This document shows, piece by piece, positions 18,784 through 27,070 of a stretch of DNA of 64,000 nucleotides. Location of the stretch: the NCBI GenBank assembly GCA_963761975.1, contig CAVXIR010000004.1:1219148-1283147 (forward strand), in the 5' to 3' direction. A model generated the notes under the pieces. That model ran no database searches. It was not told the origin of the DNA and was given only the letters and a program-made list of their open reading frames with translations. Numbering within the stretch: the first letter of the stretch is position 1; each line of letters begins with the position of its first letter. This DNA comes from Vicinamibacterales bacterium (lineage in GTDB: Bacteria; Acidobacteriota; Vicinamibacteria; Vicinamibacterales; JAMQPK01). A program made the position numbers and the translations under genes.

Positions 18784-20433
18784 TTATCGCAACCCGAAAA
18801 TCGACAGCGAATTTCCCGCAGCAACCGCGACGTATTGCTTCCCCTTCACCGCGTAGCTGATGGGACCCATGAGCACGTTGCCACCGAGCGACACTTTCCA
18901 GAGCAGTGCTCCGGACCGCGCATCCAGCGCCAGAAAATGGCCGTCGCTGACACCGGTAAAGAGCAGGTCGGACGCCGTCGTGAGAATTCCACTGTACGAG
19001 GCATCGCTGAATTTGAATTCCCACTTCCGTTCTCCGGTACGAGGATCGAGCGCCCGCACCGCAGCATAGACTTCCTCCTCCATCCGGTAGTTGAACGGTT
19101 GTCGCCCGCCAGGCATGCCGAAGCCGACTCCCGGCGGCACGATGCCGCGGTTCGCGCCCCCCGTATAGAAGCGGCCTTCTACATATTCAGCATCCCGCTT
19201 CGCAAAGATGGTCGCCGTGTTTTCCCAGGCGTTTACGTAGAAGAGCCCCGTGCGCGGGCTGAACGACGGGCTGAACCAGTTCGTGCCGCCCTGGTTCCCT
19301 GGATAGATGAGCGTGCCTTCCCGGCTCGCCAGCGAATTGGGCGTCATGACCGGACGGCCGCCGTCGAATCCGGCGTTCCAGTTCTGCCTGACGAACGGCT
19401 TCCCGATAAGAAACTCGCCGGTCAGCCGGTCGAGTACATAAAAGAACCCGTTTCTCTGGGCCGTCAGAATCACCTTTCGAGGCTTGCCCTGCCACGGAAT
19501 TTCCGCGAGGACCGGAATCTGTACGGCATCCCAGTCGAACTCGTTGTGTGGATTGAACTGGTAGTGCCACTTCAGCACGCCGGTGTCCGCATCGAGGGCG
19601 ACCACCGAACAGGTGTAGAGGTTATCACCCGGTCGTACGTCGCCGTTGTAATCCGGACCAGGATTGCCGATTCCCCAATACGTCAGGTTGGACTCGGGAT
19701 CGTAGGATCCCGTTACCCAGACGGATCCGCCGCCGCGCATCCACGAATCGCCTCCCCACGTATCGCCGCCGCGCTCGCCCGGCCCTGCAACGGTATTGAA
19801 GCGCCAGACTTCTTTCCCAGTAACGGCGTCGTGTGCCGCGATGAATCCTCGGATGCCATACTCGCCGCCGTGCATCCCGACAATGACTTTGTCTTTGATG
19901 ACGAGCGGCGCATGCTTGATCGAATAGCCGGCCGTGGCTTTGGCCAGCGTCACATCCCAAAGAGGTTTGCCGGTCTTCGCGTCGAGGGCCACCAGCCGTG
20001 CATCGCCGGCGCCCAGAAAGATTGTTTCGTTCAGGATCGCGACACCACGGCTGATGAGCCCGCAGCACGATACCGCCCCAGGTGTCGGCTGGTGGCGGTA
20101 CATCCAGAACCGTTGACCGGTGGCCGCATCAAGCGCGACAACATCGTTTCCCTGCACGGTGTAAAGCATGCCGTCGACGACCAGCGGTGTGGTCTCGAAC
20201 GGATCGAGCAGCCGCGACTGAAACACCCACTTCAATTCGAGCTGCGCAACATTCGCCGGCGTAATCTGATCGAGGGTCGTATAGCGCTGGCTGCTGTACG
20301 TGCCTCCGTAGGTCAGCCAGTTGTGTGGCTCCTTGACCGCACCGAGCAGCCGTTCGGACGTGACCTGCGCCGAACCACGAGCCGACAGCGCGCCGACGAC
20401 GACCGCGAGCATCACCATATGACGAACGCTCAC
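18784..20433 (-). CDS. PQQ-dependent alcohol dehydrogenase (methanol/ethanol family)
   Basis: 549 aa; GTG start overlaps the upstream stop (GTGA); signal peptide present. N-terminal [20 protein letters not shown]. The vicinal-cysteine hallmark SCCG is present, with W-rich propeller repeats throughout. Confidence 0.85.
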   Translation of the reverse strand: MSVRHMVMLAVVVGALSARGSAQVTSERLLGAVKEPHNWLTYGGTYSSQRYTTLDQITPANVAQLELKWVFQSRLLDPFETTPLVVDGMLYTVQGNDVVALDAATGQRFWMYRHQPTPGAVSCCGLISRGVAILNETIFLGAGDARLVALDAKTGKPLWDVTLAKATAGYSIKHAPLVIKDKVIVGMHGGEYGIRGFIAAHDAVTGKEVWRFNTVAGPGERGGDTWGGDSWMRGGGSVWVTGSYDPESNLTYWGIGNPGPDYNGDVRPGDNLYTCSVVALDADTGVLKWHYQFNPHNEFDWDAVQIPVLAEIPWQGKPRKVILTAQRNGFFYVLDRLTGEFLIGKPFVRQNWNAGFDGGRPVMTPNSLASREGTLIYPGNQGGTNWFSPSFSPRTGLFYVNAWENTATIFAKRDAEYVEGRFYTGGANRGIVPPGVGFGMPGGRQPFNYRMEEEVYAAVRALDPRTGERKWEFKFSDASYSGILTTASDLLFTGVSDGHFLALDARSGALLWKVSLGGNVLMGPISYAVKGKQYVAVAAGNSLSIFGLR

Positions 20434-21062
20434 TTGTTGATTCCTTTCAGCGACAGCAGATAAGCAATAAGGTCGGCGCGCTCGGCGGCTGTGAGCTTGT
20501 CGCGATACGACGGCATGGAGGAGCTTTTAATCCACGTGAACTCGCGTAACTCGGACTTCTGCACCGTCAAGAGCCGTTCCTTGGTGTCGATGAGCTGCAG
20601 GCTGAAGGTGTCCTGGTTCAGCACGCGCGCGGAGATCGCCTCGCCGTCACGCGTTACCAGCCTGACCGTACGGTTCCATGGCAGGATATCTGCGCCGGGA
20701 TCGATGAGAGCGCGTTCCAACTCCGTCCGGGCACGATCGGCATCCGTGGGATCCGGAGCACCGCCTCCTCTTCCCGGCTCGCCACGGGCGGGGGGCGCGC
20801 CGCCGCCGCGTGTAACTGCCGTGATGCCCGCGCGCGCGCCAATATCGGTGAGATCCGGGCCAAAACGTGAGCCGCGCGTTCCGACGCGGTGACATTCCAG
20901 GCACGCACCCTTCGATTCAAACAGCGCCTGACCGCGCGCCATGTCGCCCTGTGGATCTTGTGCCTGGGCGAGAAGGAGGGTGGCCTCAGCCAGGGCACGA
21001 CCCGAAGCAAGGAGAGCCACCAGCAGGGACACGCCGGCAACGAATTTAGTCAGCCCTGTCAT
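20430..21062 (-). CDS. c-type cytochrome, candidate electron acceptor of the adjacent PQQ-ADH
   Basis: 210 aa from Met 21062, with SD GAGGAAG upstream. Signal peptide MTGLTKFVAGVSLLVALLASGRALA. One CxxCH site (CLECH). The C-terminal MPSYRDKLTAAERADLIAYLLSL is typical of the Met-ligand region. Confidence 0.7.
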   Translation of the reverse strand: MTGLTKFVAGVSLLVALLASGRALAEATLLLAQAQDPQGDMARGQALFESKGACLECHRVGTRGSRFGPDLTDIGARAGITAVTRGGGAPPARGEPGRGGGAPDPTDADRARTELERALIDPGADILPWNRTVRLVTRDGEAISARVLNQDTFSLQLIDTKERLLTVQKSELREFTWIKSSSMPSYRDKLTAAERADLIAYLLSLKGINK

Positions 21063-21243
21063 CGGCTTCCTCGGATTACGGACACAGCGACTGGTCGAGA
21101 TCTGTTCGGTTCGCCTATGGTGAGCGCAACGGCCGCCATCTGTCAAAATTCCCGAGGATCGAAGGAGGGTGCAGAGGCGCGTCAGCGTCTCTGCGGCGGC
21201 ATAGAAAGAAAAGAGGGTGAAGCCCGTCGCGAAGAGACCGCGC

Positions 21244-22068
21244 TCAGTAGAATTTTCGCGAAATGCTGAAGCCGATGTACCAGTTGTCGGTATTTCTCGC
21301 GCCGCGGGCAACTTGACCCATCGTCGTGCCAAAGCCGTTGCCGAACGTCAGCTGAAACATGTGCCCGCCCGACCGCTTTTCGAGCCCGGTGCTCATCTGA
21401 GTTGAACCAGGATCGTCGCCTGCCAAGCGCGGGGCGCCTTCGAAAACGAGGTAGACCGTTGGACGTATGCGAAGGCGGGTGCCGAGACCGAGGACGAACG
21501 CGTCGTTACTATCCACGACTTCCGACGGCAGGAGATTCGCGTTGTTCACCCACAGGGGGTGCATGTATAGAGCCACATGCTCGGCGAACGTCCGCGAAAT
21601 CACCGCACCGAGTGCCGGCGAGTAACTGTCGCGGAAGTTGTTGGTCCCGTCGATGCTGGCGAACGCATCGATCGTCAGCGGAAACGACTCGCTCTGCCCT
21701 TTGACCTCGTGCTGCGCGAAGAATTCGATCGTCCGATCCGAGGTGCGGTGAATGCCGACCTGTGTACCTCTGAAGAGTCCGAAACGGTATTCCAGGCCGA
21801 TTTGCGCGCCAGTGTCCAGACCGAAGAAATCTTCAAGGAGACTTCCGAAGTCTCCCTGTCCGAGCGGTCGCGTGAACCGATGAGTGACGCGGAACGCGCT
21901 TTTGTGACGAGGCACGCGCAGCGTCGTCGGCAGCGCCGAAAGTGTGAAGTCGGGCTGGGCAAAATTGACGTCGAGATCCGGATCGTCCTGCGCGAGCGAA
22001 GGGACCGCGATAGCCAGGATCAAAGCACAAATGGCAGTTATGCGTCGAAGTCTCGGTGTCACAAACAC
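21244..22068 (-). CDS. hypothetical secreted protein, probable outer-membrane beta-barrel
   Basis: 274 aa with a signal peptide ending LAQ. Alternating-hydrophobic strands are present and the C-terminus is aromatic (...ISRKFY). I did not confidently recognise a family. Confidence 0.5.
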   Translation of the reverse strand: MFVTPRLRRITAICALILAIAVPSLAQDDPDLDVNFAQPDFTLSALPTTLRVPRHKSAFRVTHRFTRPLGQGDFGSLLEDFFGLDTGAQIGLEYRFGLFRGTQVGIHRTSDRTIEFFAQHEVKGQSESFPLTIDAFASIDGTNNFRDSYSPALGAVISRTFAEHVALYMHPLWVNNANLLPSEVVDSNDAFVLGLGTRLRIRPTVYLVFEGAPRLAGDDPGSTQMSTGLEKRSGGHMFQLTFGNGFGTTMGQVARGARNTDNWYIGFSISRKFY

Positions 22069-22069
22069 C

Positions 22070-22522
22070 TCAGTTGTTGGGGGCGCCGTCCTGGATCCAC
22101 TTCCGGATGACGAGTATCTGCCCTTCGGTCAGATACGGCGGGCCCGATCGCGGCATTCGGAGGCCGACGATGGTAGAGCGGCCTTCCAGCTTGTGAATGA
22201 GATAGCTGTTCTCGGGATCGCCCGGAATCACTCGTATCGCACCGGGTTTACCAACGGCTGCAACATTTACTATCTGCGCGTGAGCATTGGGAGACCCGAG
22301 ATCCATTCCCACAGGCGGAACGCGTCCACCTGCCGTCGTGTGGCAGTTATTGCACGCCGCCCTGCCCGCCGAGTCGGTGCTCGTAAAGATATTCCGCTGA
22401 ATGCTGCTGAAGGTTGGCGCGAGGTCTGGCGTGGGTCCGGTGATGCTGCTCAACTTCTCATCGCAACCGACGCTCAACAGCACGACGAGCGCCCACGCGG
22501 CGGACAAGAGATAGTGCTTCAT
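22070..22522 (-). CDS. lipoprotein with a heme-binding (Planctomycete-type cytochrome c, PSCyt1-like) domain
   Basis: 150 aa from Met 22522; the ATG overlaps the upstream stop (TAATG). Lipobox LLSVGC. CxxCH site CNNCH. PGDPENSYLIHKL...MP...L....WIQDGA resembles the PSCyt1 domain. Confidence 0.6.
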   Translation of the reverse strand: MKHYLLSAAWALVVLLSVGCDEKLSSITGPTPDLAPTFSSIQRNIFTSTDSAGRAACNNCHTTAGGRVPPVGMDLGSPNAHAQIVNVAAVGKPGAIRVIPGDPENSYLIHKLEGRSTIVGLRMPRSGPPYLTEGQILVIRKWIQDGAPNN

Positions 22523-22929
22523 TACTCTCCTTTCGGCTTGGCTTGCACCACGAGCGTACCGGTCATGTCCTCGTGGCCCTTGCCGCAATACTCCGAACAC
22601 AGAATGGGGAAGCTGCCCGCAGCCGACGCGACAAACTCGATGATGACCGGCGAATCGCCCGGCTTCGCCCGCGGAACGGCCTTCTTGACCTTGAACTGTT
22701 TGATTTCAATACCGTGCGGGCCATCGGCCGACCGAACGACCAGGCGAACCCGATCGCCTTCAATCACTTCGATAGTGGCAGGCTCGAACGCAAAACGTTT
22801 TGCGACGACCTCGAATGTCTTGGGTTCTGGCGCCGTCTGATCCTGACGCCACGCAGAGGGAGTTTTGGATGTGGTGAAAGCAAGGAAGAAGACGACAGCC
22901 GATGTGAAAAACGTAGGCGAAACGCGCAC
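22522..22929 (-). CDS. membrane-anchored cupredoxin with a complete CuA site (cytochrome c oxidase subunit II-like domain only)
   Basis: CuA motif H-x38-C-x3-C-x3-H-x2-M in PHGIEI...ILCSEYCGKGHEDM. One N-terminal TM helix (FFTSAVVFFLAF). The start is uncertain: GTG 22929 gives MRVSPTFF... The ORF-track ATG at 23025 lies inside an upstream palindrome, so I consider it less likely. Confidence 0.65.
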   Translation of the reverse strand: MRVSPTFFTSAVVFFLAFTTSKTPSAWRQDQTAPEPKTFEVVAKRFAFEPATIEVIEGDRVRLVVRSADGPHGIEIKQFKVKKAVPRAKPGDSPVIIEFVASAAGSFPILCSEYCGKGHEDMTGTLVVQAKPKGE

Positions 22930-23025
22930 GGGCGTAAAGGGTTGAGCAACACGTATACCACACGCGTGCTCAGCGAAACACCGGAGATTCACGCCCAATT
23001 TCGAGGAGTGTTCGCAGCAAGACAT

Positions 23026-23059
23026 TTACGCCGGGCGTAAATGTTTACGCGGGTCGTAA
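23026..23059. promoter_or_regulatory. two tandem TTACG-N5-CGTAA palindromes upstream of the cupredoxin / cytochrome / PQQ-ADH genes
   Basis: Site 1 is TTACGCCGGGCGTAA (23026-23040), part of a perfect 11+11 palindrome ACATTTACGCC-g-GGCGTAAATGT (23022-23044). Site 2 is TTACGCGGGTCGTAA (23045-23059). The centres are 19 bp apart. Confidence 0.4.
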
Positions 23060-23138
23060 GATGGCAGAACCGGCGAGTGATCAGTGTTTAGACGAGGGTT
23101 ATCTCAGAGCGACGCGAACCACGTCTACCAACCACCAA

Positions 23139-24491
23139 CTAGAGATTCGACAGCCCCACGAGCCGGCCGGTGCTGTCGCCCCAGTTGTCGATCGGCACGG
23201 CCATGTGGTCGAGCATCGACAAGAAGAGGTTGGCCATCGCGGTCTCATCAGCGTAGCGGACATGGCGTCCCGGGTGCAGCACCCCGCGGCCGCGGCCGGC
23301 GACGACAACCGGAAGATTGTGGTGCTGGTGCTGATTGCCGTCGGCGAGACCGCTGCCGTACACGATCATCGAGTTGTCGAGCAGGCTGCCGTCGCCGTCG
23401 CGAATCGATTTGAACTTCTCGAGCAGATAAATGAACTGCTTGATGTGGTACTCGTTGATCTGCGTCACCTTTTCGATCTTGGGCTTGTCGCCCTGATGAT
23501 GGGTCAGACCGTGGTGCCCCTCGGTGATGCCGATTTCCGGATAGTTCCTTGGGCTCTGCTCGATCGCGAGGAGCACCGTGATGACACGCGTCACGTCGGT
23601 CTGAAACGCCAGCGCCATCAGGTCGAACATCAACTGCGAGTGTTCGGCGAAGTCGTCGGGCACGCTCGCCGACGGCGCGTCGATCGGCACGCGATCGACG
23701 CGGCTCTGCTCGGCACTTTGAATGCGCTTCTCGATGTCGCGCACCGCATATAGAAATTCGTCGAGCTTGCGTTTGTCATCGCCGCCGAGCGAATTTTTCA
23801 GGCTCTGGGCTTCGGCCAGCGCCAGATCGAGGATGCTCCGGCGATAATTTCCCAGGCGCTGACGGCGTGCGAGATCTTTTTCCTCGTCAGCAACTCCGAA
23901 CAGCCGCTCGAAGACGGCGCGCGGCCGGATCTCGGGCGGGTTGGGCGTATTCTCCGTGCGCCACGACAGGCTGTTGCTGTAGGCACAGCTGTAGCCGTTG
24001 TCGCAGTTGCCTCCCTGAATGCCTTCCTCGCACCCCAGCTCGAGCGAACCAAATCGCGTCTGCCCTTCGAGATGGCGGGCGGCAATCTGGTCCATCGAGA
24101 TGCCGGCTTTGATGTCCTTGCCGTACGTCTTTCTCGGATGGGTAGACGTCAGATACGCAGCACCCGCGCGCGCGTGGTCGCCACCGCCATCGCCGTGCTC
24201 GCGGCCCGCGTCAGAGGTCAGACCCGTGAGCATCATGACGTCGTTGCGAAACGGCGCAAGCGCACGTGAGATGCGCGGCAGCTCACCAAGCGGTGTTGAG
24301 CCCATCGCCGCTGCAGGCGTCCAGTCTTCCATCACGATGCCGTTCGGGACGTACAGGAACGCCATGCGATTGGCCGCAAGCGACTTCTTCACGACCTGCG
24401 ACGCAAACGCGGGATACATCGCATCGAGAAACGGCAATGCGATGGTCGCACCCATTGTTCTGAGAACCGCCCGCCTGGATAGTTGTCTCAT
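23139..24491 (-). CDS. DUF1501 domain protein (sulfatase-like fold), Tat-exported
   Basis: 450 aa. Tat leader MRQLSRRAVLRTMGATIALPFLDA. Conserved DUF1501 blocks as I remember them: LYVPNG, EHGDGGGDH, FGRTP-like region, GHHGLTHH, DHMAVP. Confidence 0.85.
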   Translation of the reverse strand: MRQLSRRAVLRTMGATIALPFLDAMYPAFASQVVKKSLAANRMAFLYVPNGIVMEDWTPAAAMGSTPLGELPRISRALAPFRNDVMMLTGLTSDAGREHGDGGGDHARAGAAYLTSTHPRKTYGKDIKAGISMDQIAARHLEGQTRFGSLELGCEEGIQGGNCDNGYSCAYSNSLSWRTENTPNPPEIRPRAVFERLFGVADEEKDLARRQRLGNYRRSILDLALAEAQSLKNSLGGDDKRKLDEFLYAVRDIEKRIQSAEQSRVDRVPIDAPSASVPDDFAEHSQLMFDLMALAFQTDVTRVITVLLAIEQSPRNYPEIGITEGHHGLTHHQGDKPKIEKVTQINEYHIKQFIYLLEKFKSIRDGDGSLLDNSMIVYGSGLADGNQHQHHNLPVVVAGRGRGVLHPGRHVRYADETAMANLFLSMLDHMAVPIDNWGDSTGRLVGLSNL

Positions 24492-24501
24492 ATCAATCTC
24501 T

Positions 24502-24543
24502 CATCGGCCAATTGCCATCTGCCATCTGCCATCTGCCCTGACA
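24502..24543 (-). repeat. intercistronic heptamer array (GCAGAUG x3 plus variants) between the DUF1592 and DUF1501 genes
   Basis: The plus strand reads CATCGGC CAATTGC CATCTGC CATCTGC CATCTGC CCTGACA. Positions 24513-24543 match 41631-41661 inside uvrA at 29 of 31 positions. On the mRNA strand the first AUG opens a 14-codon ORF (MADGRWQLADERLI) whose UGA overlaps the DUF1501 AUG (AUGA). Confidence 0.9.
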
Positions 24544-24547
24544 AAGA

Positions 24548-27070
24548 TCAACTCCTGGTGCGCATCATAAACGCGGGGCTCTTTACTATGCTCGTCACGA
24601 TCGTCAGGAACTTGTAATCGTCTTTCGCCGCATCTCGTGTGATCTGTTCCACCGAGGGCCGATCGAATCGCTCGAGTCCCCGGCCGAGGCCGTACGTCAT
24701 CAGCTTCTCCGTGAAATGGCGGACGAACGCGGCCGAGTCCGTCTTGAGGAGTTGTTTCAGCCCTTTCGCGCCGGTGAACGAGCGTCCATCAGGAAGCGTA
24801 CCGGTCGTATCCAGGTCGAAGTTGCCGTCCTTCACCCGCCACCCGCCGGCGGCATCGTAGTTCTCCAGGGCAAACCCGATGGGATCCATCTGGTCGTGAC
24901 AGACGGCGCAGCTTGGATTCGCGCGGTGCTGCTCCAGCCTCGCGCGCATCGAGGCGGCAGTGCCGAGATCCTTCTCTTCCAGCGGCGGAATGTTGTCGGG
25001 CGGTGGCGGCGGCGCTGCGCCGAGCAGGTTGTCGAGCACCCACTTGCCTCGCAAGACCGGGGACGTACGGGTCGCGTATGACGAAATCGCCAGGATCGCG
25101 CCCTGCGTCATGATACCGCTTCGCTGCTCGCCGTCGAGCTCGACGCGCTGGAACTGCTCGCCGTCGACCCCCTTGATGCCGTAGTAGCGTGCGAGCGATC
25201 CGTTCACATAGGTGAAGCGCCCGTCGATGAAGTCGAGGATGCTCCGATTCTCGCGCATCACCGCGCCGATGAAGAGCAGGGTCTCCCGCCGCATGTCATC
25301 CAGCAGCTCGTCGTCGACCGCCAGAAATTTCTCGGAGTCAGGTTTCGTGCGATCCATCAGGCGCAGGTTCAGCCACTGCTCGCCGAAGTTCTCGATCAGC
25401 GCCGACGATTTGGGATCCTGCAGCATCCGTTGCAGCTGGGTGCTCACGACTGACGGATGGTGGAGCCGCTTCTCGCCGGCCATCCGGAACAGCTCCTCGT
25501 CCGGCATGCTGCTCCACACGAAGTAAGAGAGCCGCGACGCCAGCTCGTAGTCATTCAGCTCATACGCACCTGACGCACCTCCCGCACCCAGCGCACCCGA
25601 ATCCCGTTCGATGCGGAACAGGAAATTCGGCGACACGAGCACGGCCTCAATCGCCAGCTGAACGGCGTGCTCGAGCGGATCGTTCCGGCGGACGTCGTTC
25701 ACGATATCGAGCAGCTTCTGCACTTCCTCCGGCGCTGCCGGACGCCGGTATGCGCGGGTCATCAGGTTCGTGATGATCTGCTCCGCGCACGGCGCCGAGT
25801 TCTCGGCGCACACGAAAATCTTCTTGTTGCCGGTCGATGAGGGGACTGCCGGATTGTACGGACCGAGAATCCGCATGTAATCGACGAACAGCTCCTGGCG
25901 CCCATCGGCGTTGATGAGCCCGAACGGATTCGGATGGTTGGCGAGATCCGGCCACGAAACGCGCAGGTCGTGATCGCCCGCCGAGACTTTGACGCGCGCG
26001 ATGTTGTCGCCGTGCGAATAGTTGTAGTTGCCGTCGCCTTCCACGTAATCGGTGGCGACCTGTTTACCGTCGATGCTGAAGGCCATCAGAATCGGCGGAA
26101 AAGCCTGACGGAGCTTCTCCTCGCGCGCTTTCCTTTCTTCTTCCGTCGGCGGCCGCCGCGGTCCGCCGGCACCAGCGCCGCGCCCCCTGGCCGGCGTCTG
26201 TACAGGCTGCACGACGTCAGCCGAAGGCAGTGGCGCTGCCGGCGCGGCGGCTGCGCTCGCGAATGGCCGGCCCGGGCCGACAGGCTTGCCCCGCCCGCGG
26301 TAGTTGCCGTATCTCCACCTGAATTCGTATTCGCCGTCAATCGGAAAGTGATAGGTCGCGTACAACGTCCCACGCATCGAGTACGGCGTCTCGTTCCCTT
26401 TCGCATGGATGTCGTCCTGCATCTTCTTCGGCGTCAGGACGATGAGCTGGCCGGGCCTTTCGGGATAGGCCTCGCCGAAAACGGCCGCGCGCGCGACGAC
26501 GCGCGCGGCGTTGACGTACTTCTCCATCAGCATCGGCGACAGCGACAGCACGTCCCCGATGTTGTCGAACCCATACCCGGAATCGTCGATCGGAAACTCA
26601 TCCGCCGGCCGTAGCGTGACGCCGAGCAGATCGCGAATCGTGTTGTTGTACTCCGCGCGATTCAGGCGGCGTGCCGTCACACGGCCTGGATCCGATGCCG
26701 AAGCATTCGCAGGTACGGGCGAGATGCCGGGCAATTTGGTAATCCACGCGGACACCGCCGCCACATCGCCGGCCGGCAGTGGCGCGGCCGGGCGCGGAGG
26801 CATCTGCCCCGCCGTGACTTTATCGAGGACCTTCTGCCACACCTCGGGCCGCTGCAGGGCCGACGCGCTGTCGCGGAAGCCTTCGAGGCTCAGCTTGCCG
26901 GCCTGCTGCCGGTCGCTGTGGCATCGAACGCAGTTCCGCGACAACACCGGCAGGACGTTCTGCTCGAACTCCCCGCTCGCAGGCGCTCCAGCCTGACCGA
27001 GCAGCGTCGATCCGGTCAAGACGCCCGCAGCGATCGCGGTGCCCGCGACGAAGATCCAGGATGCGCGCAT
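24548..27070 (-). CDS. DUF1592/DUF1595/DUF1588/DUF1587/DUF1585 multi-domain protein with heme-binding motifs (PSCyt/PSD family)
   Basis: 840 aa with a signal peptide. N-terminal CVRCH and C-terminal CAVCHDQMDPIGFALENYD. It is the usual partner of DUF1501 in Planctomycetes and Acidobacteria. Confidence 0.85.
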   Translation of the reverse strand: MRASWIFVAGTAIAAGVLTGSTLLGQAGAPASGEFEQNVLPVLSRNCVRCHSDRQQAGKLSLEGFRDSASALQRPEVWQKVLDKVTAGQMPPRPAAPLPAGDVAAVSAWITKLPGISPVPANASASDPGRVTARRLNRAEYNNTIRDLLGVTLRPADEFPIDDSGYGFDNIGDVLSLSPMLMEKYVNAARVVARAAVFGEAYPERPGQLIVLTPKKMQDDIHAKGNETPYSMRGTLYATYHFPIDGEYEFRWRYGNYRGRGKPVGPGRPFASAAAAPAAPLPSADVVQPVQTPARGRGAGAGGPRRPPTEEERKAREEKLRQAFPPILMAFSIDGKQVATDYVEGDGNYNYSHGDNIARVKVSAGDHDLRVSWPDLANHPNPFGLINADGRQELFVDYMRILGPYNPAVPSSTGNKKIFVCAENSAPCAEQIITNLMTRAYRRPAAPEEVQKLLDIVNDVRRNDPLEHAVQLAIEAVLVSPNFLFRIERDSGALGAGGASGAYELNDYELASRLSYFVWSSMPDEELFRMAGEKRLHHPSVVSTQLQRMLQDPKSSALIENFGEQWLNLRLMDRTKPDSEKFLAVDDELLDDMRRETLLFIGAVMRENRSILDFIDGRFTYVNGSLARYYGIKGVDGEQFQRVELDGEQRSGIMTQGAILAISSYATRTSPVLRGKWVLDNLLGAAPPPPPDNIPPLEEKDLGTAASMRARLEQHRANPSCAVCHDQMDPIGFALENYDAAGGWRVKDGNFDLDTTGTLPDGRSFTGAKGLKQLLKTDSAAFVRHFTEKLMTYGLGRGLERFDRPSVEQITRDAAKDDYKFLTIVTSIVKSPAFMMRTRS

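Noticed and set aside
21063-21243. Terminator and promoter in the 181-nt gap between the beta-barrel gene and the cytochrome c gene (weak GGGCTTCACCC hairpin plus a CT-rich run; TTGACA with a poor -10).
   Set aside because: The stem is only 3-4 bp and the -10 match is poor, so the evidence is insufficient for a feature call.
18746-21332. Upstream extensions of ORFs 17735-19024(-) and 20430-21332(-).
   Set aside because: The signal peptides and SD sequences sit at internal Met codons (18745 and 21062). The extensions overlap a neighbouring gene or have non-coding character.
4273-24543. Heptamer arrays interpreted as CRISPR arrays or as phase-variation tracts.
   Set aside because: The period of 7 nt with no spacers is incompatible with CRISPR. 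The units are degenerate rather than perfect, which makes slipped-strand phase variation unlikely. No cas genes are present.
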